A DNA stretch of 63,893 nucleotides, filler included, from Octopus bimaculoides (taxonomy: Eukaryota): the NCBI RefSeq assembly GCF_001194135.2. It is 5 parts of 4 records of this genome, joined end to end, with 100 filler letters (N's around TTAATTAATTAA, not from the genome) between each part and the next. Parts side by side here need not be neighbours in the genome. Positions count along the whole stretch, not along the records: positions 1 to 14,537 come from NC_068985.1; 4 more parts are not named here. One strand, written 5' to 3'. Position 1 is the first letter of the stretch; each line of letters starts with the position of its first letter. Of this stretch, positions 1-13,724 are shown in pieces. The notes under the pieces were generated by a model. It was not told the origin of the DNA and did not search any database. It saw only the letters and a program-made list of their open reading frames with translations. The translations under genes were made by a program, and so were the position numbers.

Positions 1-50
<50 letters not shown>

Positions 51-131
51 TACGCAAACATACATATAAAAATATATACGTGCATAGACACACACGCACA
101 AGCATATATAGAGCTGACTAGCAGGATAGAT

Positions 132-175
<44 letters not shown>

Positions 176-1103
176 GAAAGAAAGAGAGTGTGTGTGTGTT
201 TGTGTGTGTGAGGGAAGGAGAGGTTGAATGTCATACTTTGCCGATAATAGGCTAAGTAAGTACTCAATACATCATATAAAGTATATTGTTTACTTAAAAT
301 GAATTCCTTATCCTCGAGACACGAGTTTCTCTGCCACTGCATTCTTTGCGCAAGACTTCACGCGAAGATCGCAATCGCGTGAAACTCGAATCGCGAGGAA
401 TTGTATTCAGTGCGTGTGTGTGTGTGCATATGTATGTATATGTTCGTCTATCTGTGCGTGTGTGCGCGTGTGTGTGTATGTGTGTGTATCTCCTTCTCTC
501 TCGATTCTCTAGTTCATTTTAACAATATACACTAGCCATATCCACAAACTTTTATTTCACACACACGCGCGCACGCGCCAAATCCATTAATTCCTTACGT
601 TTCAGTTGTTAAATTGATATTAATTATGGCTTATACTTATCAAATAGAGTGGATCTGTAACCTCTTAAAGAATGGATATTGCTTGAGGCAAGTATGGCTA
701 CGTAACATAAGTAGTCTCTCAAGAGACGGTGAGAAAAAGAAAGATAATGAACGAGAGAGCATTAGAACATATATATGACTGTGTGGATGAATGTATACGT
801 GTGCGTGTGCGTGTGCGTGTGCGTGTGCGTGCGTGCGTGCGTGCGTGCGTGTACATGTATATGTATATGCATATATGTACTTGTGATTTGTTAAATATTT
901 CGATTTGTGTAGGATGAGCGAGAACTTATATACGAAACGAAAGCTGTTTTCATGGTTAAGGGACTTAACGGTGATATTCTCGTGCGCTCAGCTCGAGACC
1001 TGTTTGGAAATGCACACACACACAATACTTACATACATACATACATATATATACATACATACATACATACATACATACATACATACATACATACATACAT
1101 ACA

Positions 1104-1478
1104 TGCTGGCACTCCGTCGCTTGCGACGTCGAGGGTTCCACTTGATCTGATCAACGAAACAGCCTGCTCGTGAAATTAACGTGCAAGTGGCACTCCACAG
1201 ACACGTGTACCCTTAACGTAGTTCTCGGGGATATTCAGCGTGACACAGTGTGACAAGGCTGACCCTTTGAATTACAGGCACAACAGAGACAGGAAGTATG
1301 AGTGAGAGAAAGTTGTGCTGAAAGAGTACAGCAGGGTTCGCCACCATCCCCTGCCGGAGCCTCGTGGAGCTTTAGGTGTTTTCGCTCAATAAACACTCAC
1401 AACGCTCAGTCTGGGAATCGAAACTGCAATCCTATGACCGCAAGTCCGCTGCCCTAACCACTGGGCCATTGCGCCTCC
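1104..1478 (-). mobile_element. tRNA-derived SINE (family C, tail type 1)
   Basis: Minus-strand head GGAGGCGCAATGGCCCAGTGGTTAGG...GTTTCGATTCCC (A and B boxes); flanked by (ACAT)n. Confidence 0.85.
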
Positions 1479-2619
1479 ACACATACATACATACATACAT
1501 ACATACATACATACATACATACATACATACATACATACCAATCTTGAGAAATTAGGCTTCTCAAGACCATAAAGGAGAAAGCTGATTCGAAGACTACAGA
1601 TTCAAGCCATCACTAGAACTGTAAAATTTTGTAAATCTTTCCGGAAGCTTATTGTATGTCTTATCATTTGAAACTATATACATGAGAACGCATACATAAA
1701 CAAAACAGACAAATTGACAGAAGCACTGACTCCAAATACTGCACATATACACATGCATGCACCAAACACTTTCGGAGTTGCTGAAATCCCAATGAAGGGG
1801 CTTTGGATCTAGGTTAGAAGCTGGCTCTTTCTCTATTGACAGGAAATCTTGAAATAAAACTGAATAATGACATACATACATACATACATACATACATACA
1901 TACATACATACATACATGGATATGTACATAGATGCATAGATACATACGTACGTCCGTCTGTCCATACGTACATAAAAAAATGGAAGAAGAACGCAACAGA
2001 CAATAAAACATCCGGAACAGATAGATGATACGAAGACGAACGGGAAAAACATCAAAAAGACGGGCAGGACAAAACAAGGATGGGCCATTCGTGGACTTCT
2101 CTCATCAGACAACTTTCCAGATTATCTTTTCAGTTTCAGCCGGGTACACTTTTCATTTTCAAATCTGTTCAAATTTGTTCAAATCTGGCTGGCCCCAAAA
2201 ATCTAAGCTAAGAGCATTAAATATTTTGGGAGAAAGCCAGTGAATGTGTACAAAAAAAAAACGAAAAAAAAAACGGAGAAAATGTAACTCAATTACAAAT
2301 ACAAATAAGAAAATAACAACAGTTGTCTTTCACCTAATAGAGACGAATCAAGTTGAGCTGGCGTGTGTGGAGTGAAAGCCTCGAGGAACATAGATGAACA
2401 TCGGAGATGAAAGTCAGGAGACCGGAGTAAGAGATACTTAGTGTCTGTCGGTCGGGCCAAGAAAGAAAGATCATGCTTGGCCGAACACCGATCCCGTGGA
2501 AGGAAAGGAGAGAGGTAGGGGGCACAGGGATGAAGAATTAGGGTGAGGACGAGAAAGAGAGAAAAAAATCAAAGGGACGTAGAGAAGGTACAAGAGAGAT
2601 AAACGATGACATACATACA

Positions 2620-2905
2620 TATGAGGGTTGTCTCGAAATTAAAGCAAAAGTGGGCATAATTTTTTTTTTTTTACCAACTCATAGATTTCTACATAGGCAC
2701 TACTCAAAATAGTCTCCATCACAAGTGATGCATTTGCGCCATTGGCGAACCTAAATCTGGAATGCTCTGAAAAATTTCAGGTGTGCACTGTCGTACCCAC
2801 TTTTTCATGGCTACATTCATATCATGTCGGTCATCGAATTGTTGTACGCGGAGACTGTCTTTTATTGGATCGAATAAGTGGAAATTGGGATGGTCATAAC
2901 TGAAA
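2620..2905 (-). mobile_element. Mariner transposase C-terminal fragment with TIR
   Basis: Minus strand reads FHLFDPIKDSLRVQQF...QWRKCITCDGDYFE*; the TIR-like end is TATGAGGGTTGTC. Confidence 0.75.
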
Positions 2906-3296
2906 TATCTTTGAAGTATGTTACTTCAGGGGTGGTCTCGAGTTAAAAACAAAAATAAAAATAAACCTAGGGAATCTCACTTTACATACTAGAAATAATA
3001 ACCAAAATAGCCATCAATTAAGTAAAGGCAAGGATATCTAAGAAAGATGTAGTTTTAGATATACAGGGCTGGGTAATGCAGTCTTAGCTATGAGTGAAAA
3101 AAATAGATGGAATGGACCTTTAGCGGTCGCATGACCCCCTAAAATTATCTGCCATATCTTTTTTTATCTATTTAACATTCTTGAGTGTGTATCTATATAT
3201 CAAGCTCTCGTTTATCAGTTCAGTTTTCTGTGAATCTATTTCAATTGTATATCTATATACATACCTGTGTGCATGTGTGTGTGTGCGTGCGCGCGT

Positions 3297-3342
<46 letters not shown>

Positions 3343-4107
3343 GAGATTTGAGGATAAACTTATTTCTGCACATGACTAGCATATATGCTGCGTAGACTGA
3401 TAGCCATTTCAGAATGGAGAGCTTATTTTGATAGCCTCATGATTCCCTGAATCCATATTTTCATATTTAATACTATTTTCGTGTGTGTGTGTGTGTTTAT
3501 GTATGTATAATATATCATATATCATATCTTATAAGCAACCAACTTGCTAGCTGAGCACGGCCTACTCATTTCTAAATATCAGTCTATCATATTTCTCTTT
3601 CTAATTTCATATAACTAGTTATTCATCTCAGATGGTCACTGAAGGTCAAACCTTCACTTCCTTAAGCCTCACACATTACACCATACATCTTATACTTCAT
3701 TACTCCATATTGACAGCACCTCGCCTCACCTCACATCACTTCACATTGCAACGCTTTCAGATGTTGCATTCGATTAACGGAGCACTCAAAATTCCTCGCG
3801 AGACTGTTAAAACTTTGTCACGTGGGCTATATAACGCTAATCAATAACACAAACACAAACAGTATCCGAGGATACACTTTAAAAATATGCCTATCTTTCT
3901 CATTAACACTAATGTCTCATACTTAATTGTTTAATCTCATCTGAAATTTATAAATCATTTATCAATTTGCTCACATGCTTCTTTTATTGATCAGATTTCC
4001 AGTGATTCTTCGTTGTGACATAACTTTTGCATTACTGTTTAAATTTCGATCAACAGGGATACGACATCACAGATTAATGTTTGTACATATACTCAAAAAT
4101 ATCGTAA

Positions 4108-4126
4108 AGATTGATAGACCGATATG

Positions 4127-4205
<79 letters not shown>

Positions 4206-4206
4206 G

Positions 4207-4303
<97 letters not shown>
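4108..4303. repeat. (GATA)n/(GACA)n compound microsatellite, one of many (also about 9500-9580, 18860-19000 CA, 41010-41143)
   Basis: Direct reading. Confidence 0.98.
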
Positions 4304-4304
<1 letters not shown>

Positions 4305-5545
4305 TTCAGTTGGCCAAAAAGTCCTTCAAGCATTCTAATAAGTAGCTAACTTCAGTCTGTCCCATACGCATGCACACGCGTTCAGTACTTGACACTTCAA
4401 CGTAGTTCGATGCAAACTTGCAAAGAGCCTGGCTATATATATTGTGTGTGGAACACCCTCAAAATGGAGAACCAAAACGAACATTATCAATACCGCATGC
4501 CTTTTTTGATTTTAAAAACAGCAAGAAAGCGGTGGAAACCTGCATGAACATATGCTCTATGTATGAACAAGACGCTGATACGGAAAGTGTGTGCCAGAAG
4601 TGGTTTACAAGATTTCCATTGAAACTTTTTCTGTTCAAGATGCGCCTCACTCTCCCCCTATCTCTGTCTATATATATAGCCAGCCAGCTGGGATTAACAG
4701 CGACACCAACCCCCTTTACACGATCATAATGATCGTGTAAATCTCCAAACAAGTGTTGAAGGTCATCTGCATCAAGTTGGTTACATCAGCAAGCTCAGTG
4801 TATGGGTTCCGCACCAATTAAATGAGGTTAACTTTGCAAACGGATTTATATTTGTGGTTCGTTGCAGAAACGTGGAGAAAATGATCATTTCAGAAGAGAA
4901 TGGTAACAGGGGGTGGAAAACAGACCGTCTATAACAATATAAAGTGCTAACAATCTGTGGAGAGCCACGGCGGACCACCACAAACAACCTCTAAAGTAGG
5001 ACTTCGCCCAAAGAAGGTTATGTTTCCAAGCTGGTGAAATTAGTGAAATGTCTTTACGAGCTTCTTCCCACGGACAAGATCATCAATTTGGATGTGTACT
5101 GTGATCAACTGGACAAATCAAACACAGCATTCCACCAGAAGCGTCCAGCACTTGTTATCATAAGGTCATTGTCATTCATCACAACAATGCCAGACTGCAC
5201 ACTTACTTATTGGCAGACGCGACATAAGTTATGGGGCTTCGCTGAGAAATTTTGCCTCACCTTACATATTCGCCCGATCTTGCGCCTTCAGATTTCTACC
5301 TGTTTCGGTCTCTTCAAAATTCATTGAATGGACTGACCTTTAATTCTGAAGAGAATGTAAATATTCACCTAGAAGAAATTTTCGCCAGTAAAGATGGGAT
5401 ATTCTTAGAACAGGGAATAATTGATCAGCCCACAAGATGGCAGGAGGTACTGAAACGAAACGGTAATTTTATCAATTAATAAATGATTGTCAGTAATAAA
5501 TAACTCTGGCTTAAAACGTGAGTCTTTTTTCGCTTAAAAAACCCG
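4303..5545 (+). mobile_element. Mariner (DD34D-type) DNA transposon relic
   Basis: TA plus TIR-like TTCAGTTGGCCAAAAAGT; VCQKWFTRF, VWVPHQL, KRMVTG, YELLP, YSPDLAPSDFYLFRSLQNSL, RWQEVLKRNGNF. Many frameshifts. Confidence 0.9.
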
Positions 5546-6004
5546 GCTTCGGAGATCGATTTTGCCTTCCATCTTTTCAGGGTCGATAAAATAAGTACAT
5601 ACAGAATCGTTAGCACGCTAGCAGAATCTTTAGCACGCCGGACACTCTGCTTGTAATCGGTGAGTAGACTTACTGTCGAAAACTTTTCTCGGGGTAGAAT
5701 CGTAGAATCATCACAAAGTGGGCTCTCTAGAATCATATCAAACGAAAACTACAATGGTTAGCAGCCAAAGAAAAAGAAGAGCCCATTCCCCAACTAGGAC
5801 TGCACCTGGAAAATTTTATGTAATGTGCTTTATGAGATATGGAAGGTATGTTTTCTGTGCTCTGTTTATGTTCTGTTTTTCATTTTGTTCATGTTTTTTT
5901 TTGTGACGTCCTGTACCCAGATATGCATCTATGATGTAGGTATGTACATATATGTACGTATATATGCATATACTCACATATTATTTGTATTATATATATA
6001 TATA

Positions 6005-7128
6005 CAGGTTGCGTAAGGTATTTGAGGACATACTTTTGGGATCATTGCTGCATTTTTTGCTAACACTGTATAATCTTTGTTTCAGAAAATGGTAATGGCA
6101 GACTCTCAGCTTACTCAAGAAATGAAGAGGCATACTGTTATTGTAGTTATAAAGGCTGAGCATAACGATTTAGAAATATTTCGATTTTTAAAAGTTGCCA
6201 GATTTTTTCATCTACAAAGTTTGTAAGGAGCTAGAGACTGAAGATCGAAACATATCACCAGTATCAAAGAATAAAAAAGTATTCTAAACACTCTGGAATC
6301 ATCAGAACACTTGGATTTATCCAGCAAATTCAACAGATCATTGGTTACAATACCAAGAAGTTCATGAAGTCAATTGCAAAAGATCTCCATGTGTCAGAAG
6401 GAACAGTCAGAAATATTGTCTACGAAGACATCAAATATAAGTCTTATGAGGAAAGGTCAATTTGTCAGAAAAAGCAAAAGAAAATCCCTACATCAGGTCT
6501 AAAAGGCTCTTAAACAAACTGAAAAATCCAGCAGAAGATTTGATTTGGTTTTTCTCAATCGAGAAAAACCTCGACCAAGATCAAAAAGTTAACAGAAGAA
6601 ATGACAGATTGTTATGTGCAGGCCCTTCTGAAGTTCCAAGTGTTATGCACACAAAATTTCCTGAAACTATCATGGTTTTAGGGGTTGTCAGCAATAAAGG
6701 ACATGTGATGCCTTCTTACCTCTTTCCACAAAGCCTTAGAGTTGACTCTAGCGCCTACATTGAGGTCTTAGAAATAATTAAGCCCTGGGTAGACAGTGTA
6801 TTCAATGGAAGGCCATATGTGTTTCAGTAAGACTCTACACTATCACACATGGCTCTAGTAACACAGGAATGGCTGATTGAAAATTTTCCTGATCACATAA
6901 CCTCTAACGTTTGACCTCCTAATTCAGCCGGATCTCAATCCATTAGACTATTACATGTGAAGCGTTGTTGAGAGAGGGGTCAATGAACACGCCCATAACA
7001 CCAACGATTCTTTGAAAGCTGTCATAGTCAGAATAATGTCCAAAATAAACCAGGACCACTTGATTCGAGCATGTCGATGATTTAGATCTCAATAAGAAGC
7101 AGTTGCTGAAGTTGAAGGTGGCTTCTTC
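6005..7128 (+). mobile_element. Tc1/mariner maT-like (DD37D) transposon relic
   Basis: TA-CAGGTTG start; FFSIEKNLDQDQKVNRRNDR, TKFPETIMVLGVVS, YVFQ*DS...PPNS. Spacing from the second Asp to the reconstructed third Asp counts 37 residues. Stops and frameshifts present. Confidence 0.85.
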
Positions 7129-7978
7129 GCGCCCTCCATTGTCAGTTAAAGTTTAGACAGTGTCACGTGACAACTTGCTGGGGAAGCCTGCTGGAGCCTA
7201 GCAGCAGGTATAAAATGGGGAATTTGACATGACAATCAGTCGGACGCTGACACTCGTTGATGCTGCATCGAAGATGCCAGGGAATAGAAGAAGACATGCA
7301 CCCAACACCAGAGCTGAAGACACCTCCGAAAGTGGGGGGCGCCACGTCAAAACGGTAGAGGAGTAGGGGCCGAAACCGGACGTGGTTCCTCCTGATGATG
7401 TCTTGAGCTAACTGGATCCTATAAAGGAGCTGTTGTGGTAGCAGACCACGAAACATGGTTGAAATTCCTCAGATAGAAAAGAAGGCTTATTTTTATCCTC
7501 AAAGCATNNNNNNNNNNNNNNNNNNNNNNNTATTATCTGTTATTACACATCTAGTTTTTTTTTTCTATAAACATAACTCAAATATCTTACGCACCCTTTA
7601 TGTCGACAGACTCGTATACTTGAGATATTGATGGTTGGTACGGGTGGCATTCGTATTGATAGTGAAGACGATTGTAATGTTACTAGTGGTCGTATTGATG
7701 ATTTTGATATATTGTGATGGTGTGAGTTGTAGTGAGCTTGGTGCTATCTCGTGACGATTATAGTTTTACTGACGGTGTTGGTGTAACGTGGTGGTGATGG
7801 TGGTGGTGGTGGTGGTGGTGGCTTGTTGATGGTGGTTGTTTTAATGGTGCTGGTGTTGGCGGTAGTGATAGTAGTAATAATGTTAGTGATTTGTAGTGGT
7901 AGAAGCTATCGGTGATAGTGGTTTTGCATGTCTTGGTTGTTTGTCGAATTACAATATTGATGTTATTCGTTGTACGCT

Positions 7979-8015
<37 letters not shown>

Positions 8016-9502
8016 NNNNNNNNNNNNNNNNNNNNNNNNNNNNNNNNNNNNNNNNNNNNNNNNNNNNNNNNNNNNNNNNNNNNNNNNNNNNNNNNNNNNN
8101 NNNNNNNNNNNNNNNNNNNNNNNNNNNNNNNNNNNNNNNNNNNNNNNNNNNNNNNNNNNNNNNNNNNNNNNNNNNNNNNNNNNNNNNNNNNNNNNNNNNN
8201 NNNNNNNNNNNNNNNNNNNNNNNNNNNNNNNNNNNNNNNNNNNNNNNNNNNNNNNNNNNNNNNNNNNNNNNNNNNNNNNNNNNNNNNNNNNNNNNNNNNN
8301 NNNNNNNNNNNNNNNNNNNNNNNNNNNNNNNNNNNNNNNNNNNNNNNNNNNNNNNNNNNNNNNNNNNNNNNNNNNNNNNNNNNNNNNNNNNNNNNNNNNN
8401 NNNNNNNNNNNNNNNNNNNNNNNNNNNNNNNNNNNNNNNNNNNNNNNNNNNNNNNNNNNNNNNNNNNNNNNNNNNNNNNNNNNNNNNNNNNNNNNNNNNN
8501 NNNNNNNNNNNNNNNNNNNNNNNNNNNNNNNNNNNNNNNNNNNNNNNNGGGTGGGGGAGACTATTTTGTGTTTTGAGGTGTTTTTGGTTCCTATTTTTTC
8601 TTTTTTCTCTTTTTCATTAGACCATTTTATTATTCTGCAACGCTTCAAGAAGCTAGAAATACGTCAATGTATAACAGTGAAATCGATGACAAACCGTGAA
8701 GAACATAATCAACTTTGGCATTCAACGAAAGAACACGGATTTTGGATTTATTTTTAAGCTTCCCAGTTAAAAACCGAAAATAAGATTTCTTAAGAAATAC
8801 TTCTACTTATTCTCACTTGTTTCTTTTGCTTTTGTTTTGTTTGTTTACAATTTTGTTTTTATTTCAATCTATATTTGCATTTTGCTTTACTTGTTTTTCT
8901 TTTCTTTTTCTCATTTTTTTGCTTATATTGTTATCTTTAGTGGCGATGATAATAGTAGCGTTGGTGCTGTTGTTGTTGTTAATGGTGTTGGTGGTGTACT
9001 GTATTTCTGTTATTTATTTCGCTGATAGAGATCTCAGAACTGTCTGAATAGAAAGCAAGACATGCATACCAATATATTTGTTTCGCTGCATCTCACAGTT
9101 TATACATTTTCATTGTTATTTCCGTTTCTTTTCCTACGCCTTTTGTATGCTTTTTTCTTTCGTTTCTTTCCTCTTCACCCCACCATCCTTCCACCACCAT
9201 CTCACTTTCACTTATCTTAAGTTGCCAACGATATTTTGATGGAATCTCGTGGAGATTGCTAATGTTTTCTTATAATGTGTACTAATTTCGATTTTCATTA
9301 TTAAACTGGCCCTAACGTAGGTTTTACGGTTTACAGATAGACTGTCTATACGAGAACAATGTGAGAGAGTTGAAAGAGTCATGAGAGAAAGAGAGGCGGG
9401 GATGAAATCAATGTAGAGGAATGATAAAGGGGGTGAATTTGGATGACTGGCAGTAAACATGAAGTTATATGTGGTTGGGCAAATATAAAGCTGAACAAAT
9501 GA

Positions 9503-9580
<78 letters not shown>

Positions 9581-11244
9581 CAGTGGATTTGGTGGATGGA
9601 CGAATGAATAAATGGAAAGAGGATATTGAATCGGAAACTGATTTGAATTATGAGTAAATTGTGGGAAATTCTGAGTAAATAGATGTGTATTTGGATTGAT
9701 AGATGGATCGGTGGATGGAAGAATAAATAGCTAGATGCGTAGGTCATAAACTAATTGCTGTATGGATAAATTCAAGAATAGATAAAATATTGGACTACCA
9801 GCTTACATGTCATGAGTTCAAATTTTCTGCACGGTGTTATGTTATATTTCTTGCTTAGGATATCAAATTAATATATTATACAACATACAATCAAGTACCG
9901 CCCTTTTCCTACAGTAAAGTTAACCCAGTTTCTTTGGAAGATTAGAATGGTCTTGTGGTTAAAGTCACGGATGATAAAATCAGAGCTTATGTGTTTGAAA
10001 TCTGAAGTGAGCGGTAAGTTGTTTATATTGGCAGCTCATTTTCCCCATTTTACAATGCATTAGTTCGTCTAGTTGTCTAGAATTGGTAACCAATCATCCA
10101 GAGAAATTACCTAAAATAGAATCGTGTCCGATTCAGGGCAATATTTTTCTGTTGTTTTCCATGTCACTTCCGTTGAAGTGGATTAAATTTGAATAGATTT
10201 GGCTGACATTTTTCAGTTAGTCAAAAGACCCATTGGAGGCTTTCTTAAAACACTGAAAGATATAGCAGCTAAACCTCCCTTAAACACTGTGTAATTAATG
10301 ATACAGTGCATAGTGTGCTTCTGGAAACATTATGAAAGAAAAGAAAATAGTTATGGTTGGGACATCTTCGATGGCCTAGGGTTAAACAAAAAGACGACAA
10401 AATCGAATTCTATGTTACTCTCAATATAAATAATGATTCGCGTCTGCCGGTAGTTGGTAATAATAACAATTTGAAAAATACTATTTTTCAAATTGTTATT
10501 ATCACCTATCTATCGATCTATCTATCTATCTAAATGAAAAAAATATATTCATCTATTTGCATTTTGTCAGTTATTTCAACGCAAAGTAGATACTACAAGA
10601 TGAGACAGCGTATATCATTAAATGAAAACGTATGTACCACATGTACAAATATAGTAGAACCAGCTGTCACCTGCAGGTATGTATGATTTGTTAATATATA
10701 CTATGCTTTTTTCTAATTGTTGCAGAGAGTATGTAGTCGTCAGAGCAGACATAGACAACCCCTCGAACACACATCATGATCCAGTGAAGTATTCAAGATG
10801 TAACCGCAGAAGGGAACAAGGGCTAAAGCAACACTCAACTTATATTCATGACAACTGTGTAGAGTGAAACATCGGGAAATAAAGCGCTTTGCTGCAAGGT
10901 ATACTCACCGTCTGATCCATAAATTGGACCTCAGCCTCATGATCATAAATCTGCACGCCTTCACAATGTGCCACAAGATGGAACTGTATATATCACGAGG
11001 TGGAATTTTGGGTGTTACAAGATGTAATAGTAGGTGATTCATCAAGTTGAAACAGTACACGCCTCAATGAATGATAAGGACAATGATATGGTAAATTTAT
11101 CGCTTTCGACAATCAATATTTAGTTATTCGATCAACTTACTACCTACCCTTTAAACTAACGCGTAAATGGCTGAGTATTCCGCAGGCACGTGTACCTTTT
11201 ACGTAATTCCCAGGTTGAATCAGCCTGACACAATACGTGACACG

Positions 11245-11309
<65 letters not shown>

Positions 11310-11711
11310 CAGAGAGTGTGAGAAATGGATAGATAGACAGATAGATAGATAGATAGATAGATAGATAGCGAAAGTGTATTTTTCAAATTGTTATTATCAC
11401 CAATAACAGGCAGGTTGGAATCATTATTTATATGGAGAATAACATGGAATTCAATATGTCTCTTTTGTTTAATCCCAGACCATACATGATTGGAAAGCCT
11501 CAAGATCGAAGACTTCTCAATGATTTCATTTTCATTCATAACGTATCCATAACCACACTATGTAATTAGTCATTATTTTTTAAAGGTGACATGGAGTTGT
11601 TCAAGGGAAGTTTAGCTGCTATATCTAGCAGTATTTTAAGGAAGCCTTTGAGGGATCGTTTGACTAACAGGAAATGTCAGCCAAACCTATTGAAATTTAA
11701 TCCACAGTTTT

Positions 11712-12030
11712 ATTATTTATTTATTAATGCGCCTTTTTAAAGCCTAGTCAGGCTCATGGGCCCGGTTTCCCGGTTTCTATGGTGTATGTGTTCCCCGCAG
11801 CTGGACGGGACGCCAGTCCATCGCAGTGTTACTCAAGAAACAGGAAGAAAGAGTGAGAGAAAGGTGGGGCGAAAGAGTACAACAGGGGTCGCCACCACCC
11901 CCTACCGGAGCCTCGTGGAGATTTAGGTGTTTTCGCTCAATAAACACACACAACGCCCGGTCTGGGAAACGAAACCGCGATCCTCCAACCGCGAGTCCAC
12001 TTCCCTAATCACTGGACCATTGCGCCTCCA
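11712..12030 (-). mobile_element. tRNA-derived SINE (family C head, tail type 2) with 13-bp TSD
   Basis: Same head as 1104-1478 but a different 3' half. TSD AATCCACAGTTTT at 11699-11711 and 12031-12043. Confidence 0.9.
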
Positions 12031-12391
12031 AATCCACAGTTTTAGATATCGATAAATATATAAATATATCAAATGCAATTGCTCACAATATAATGTATCA
12101 GAAATGATGAAGTAGTCACAGTTTCAATAACAATATACGTTCCACACAGTTTTAATATAGGAATATACAATGGTTGCGAAATGTTGTTGCTACCAGAAAT
12201 AGGCTGTTCTCTTTTGATGGCCGTCTGTGATGATGTGAAAGTAAAAATAATAGTTAATTTTAAATAAGAAATATCTTTTGTTTTGGCTTCGTACAAATGT
12301 AAAATTATAGAAAATAAATATAATATACAGAACAACAGCTGTCTCTAAAACTATGTTAGCTTTAAATAATAAAATTCGCTTTAACGCTGTT

Positions 12392-12696
12392 GCTGGGAGT
12401 TGTGGCGCGCTCCTGTAATCTAGCTACTCGGAGGCTTGGTTGGTTTGTCGGTTTGAGGATAGGAGTCCTGGTAGTCGGTCTTCTATGGCGATCGGGTGTC
12501 CGCGCTAAGCTCGGCATCAATATGGTGCTGGAGAGGGAGCTCATCAGGACCAGGTTGTCTAAGGAGGGTCGCTTCGGCCCAGGGCGGAAACGTAGCAGGC
12601 AAAAGACTCCATGTCGAGCAGTAGTGGGATCGCGCCTGTGAATAGTCGTCAACTAGCAGCCTGTTCGATATAACTGAACACCAATCTAATATTTTT
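12392..12696 (+). ncRNA. RN7SL: SRP RNA (7SL), apparently intact Pol III gene
   Basis: Colinear with metazoan 7SL. Alu 5' domain GCTGGGAGTTGTGGCGCGCTCCTGTAATC with TGTAA motif; GATCGGGTGTCCGCGCTAAGCTCGGCATCAATATGGT; helix 6 CTGGAGAG-GGAG-CTCATCAG with GGAG tetraloop; helix 8 CCCAGGGCGGAAACGTAGCAGG; CAGTAGTGGGATCGCGCCTGTGAATAG; ends at a TTTTT run (12692-12696). Confidence 0.95.
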
Positions 12697-13039
12697 GTTT
12701 TATCTTAAAATACACTTTACATTAAATCTGTTATAGTTTAATGCATTTTTCTTTAGTTATTACGTACAGTTGTCCCTCTAATACGCAGACAAGATCTTAG
12801 GTTTGTAATTTGGTTCTCGTTTTATTGCTGCTGTTGTTGCTGCTGTCTTTGTTATCTACCCCCAGACCTACCTCAATCAAGAAGATTTATTATGGAAGAC
12901 ATTCTAATCGGGACTATTTTGTCTTATATTTTCATTTATTGTCTCCAGAAACATCACATTTAAGACGATAGCCTGTGATCAGAGGCAAATTTAACGGTAA
13001 CAGTAGTAGATGCAATAGTGGTTGTAACAACAACAACAA

Positions 13040-13072
<33 letters not shown>

Positions 13073-13724
13073 TAGTAGGAGTAGTAGGAGTAGTAGTAGG
13101 AGTAGTAGGTGTAGTAGTAGCAGCAGCGACAGCAGCATTTAGTTGTAGGTTGAGTAATCTCGATAACGTCCTTTAATTTGTATTGGTAGTACACGGTGTT
13201 GGGTGGGTGGTTGTAGCTTAAAGGAAGTGTTGTGTATATTGGATGAGGGCGAGGTCTGTGGCGTTGGAATTATTTCCAGTGGGTTGTAAGAGTGCGATTC
13301 CAAATGATGTTATGTTTTCCTTATTTGGAACTGAATTTTATGTGAAGTTTGACAATGTTTTTATTAGGACATCATTATAACCCTAATCCTTATCCTCATC
13401 GTCATCACCATCATCATCGTCATTATCATCATCACTACTACCATTGCCATGACCATCATTACCACTATCATCATCACCACTATCCCCCCACCGTCATCAT
13501 CACCACTATCCCCCCACCGTCATCATCACCATCAAGATCATCAACCACAATCACCATCATCACCATCAGCAGCAGCAGCAGTATTACTACCATTGCCCCC
13601 ACTATCATCATCACTATCATCACCATCGCCATCGTCATTCATCATCCAAAACCGACATCACCACTAGCGTCATCACCGCTACCATTATCCTCGTTTAATA
13701 ATAATATAGACATAATAAAGTCTG

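Noticed and set aside
7758-8757. Long ORFs here and at 35723-37121, 41952-42650, 45360-45767, 58292-59757
   Set aside because: They are long only because they run through N gaps and microsatellites.
12362-12652. ORFs of 83-96 aa on both strands
   Set aside because: They overlap the 7SL RNA gene and are incidental frames.
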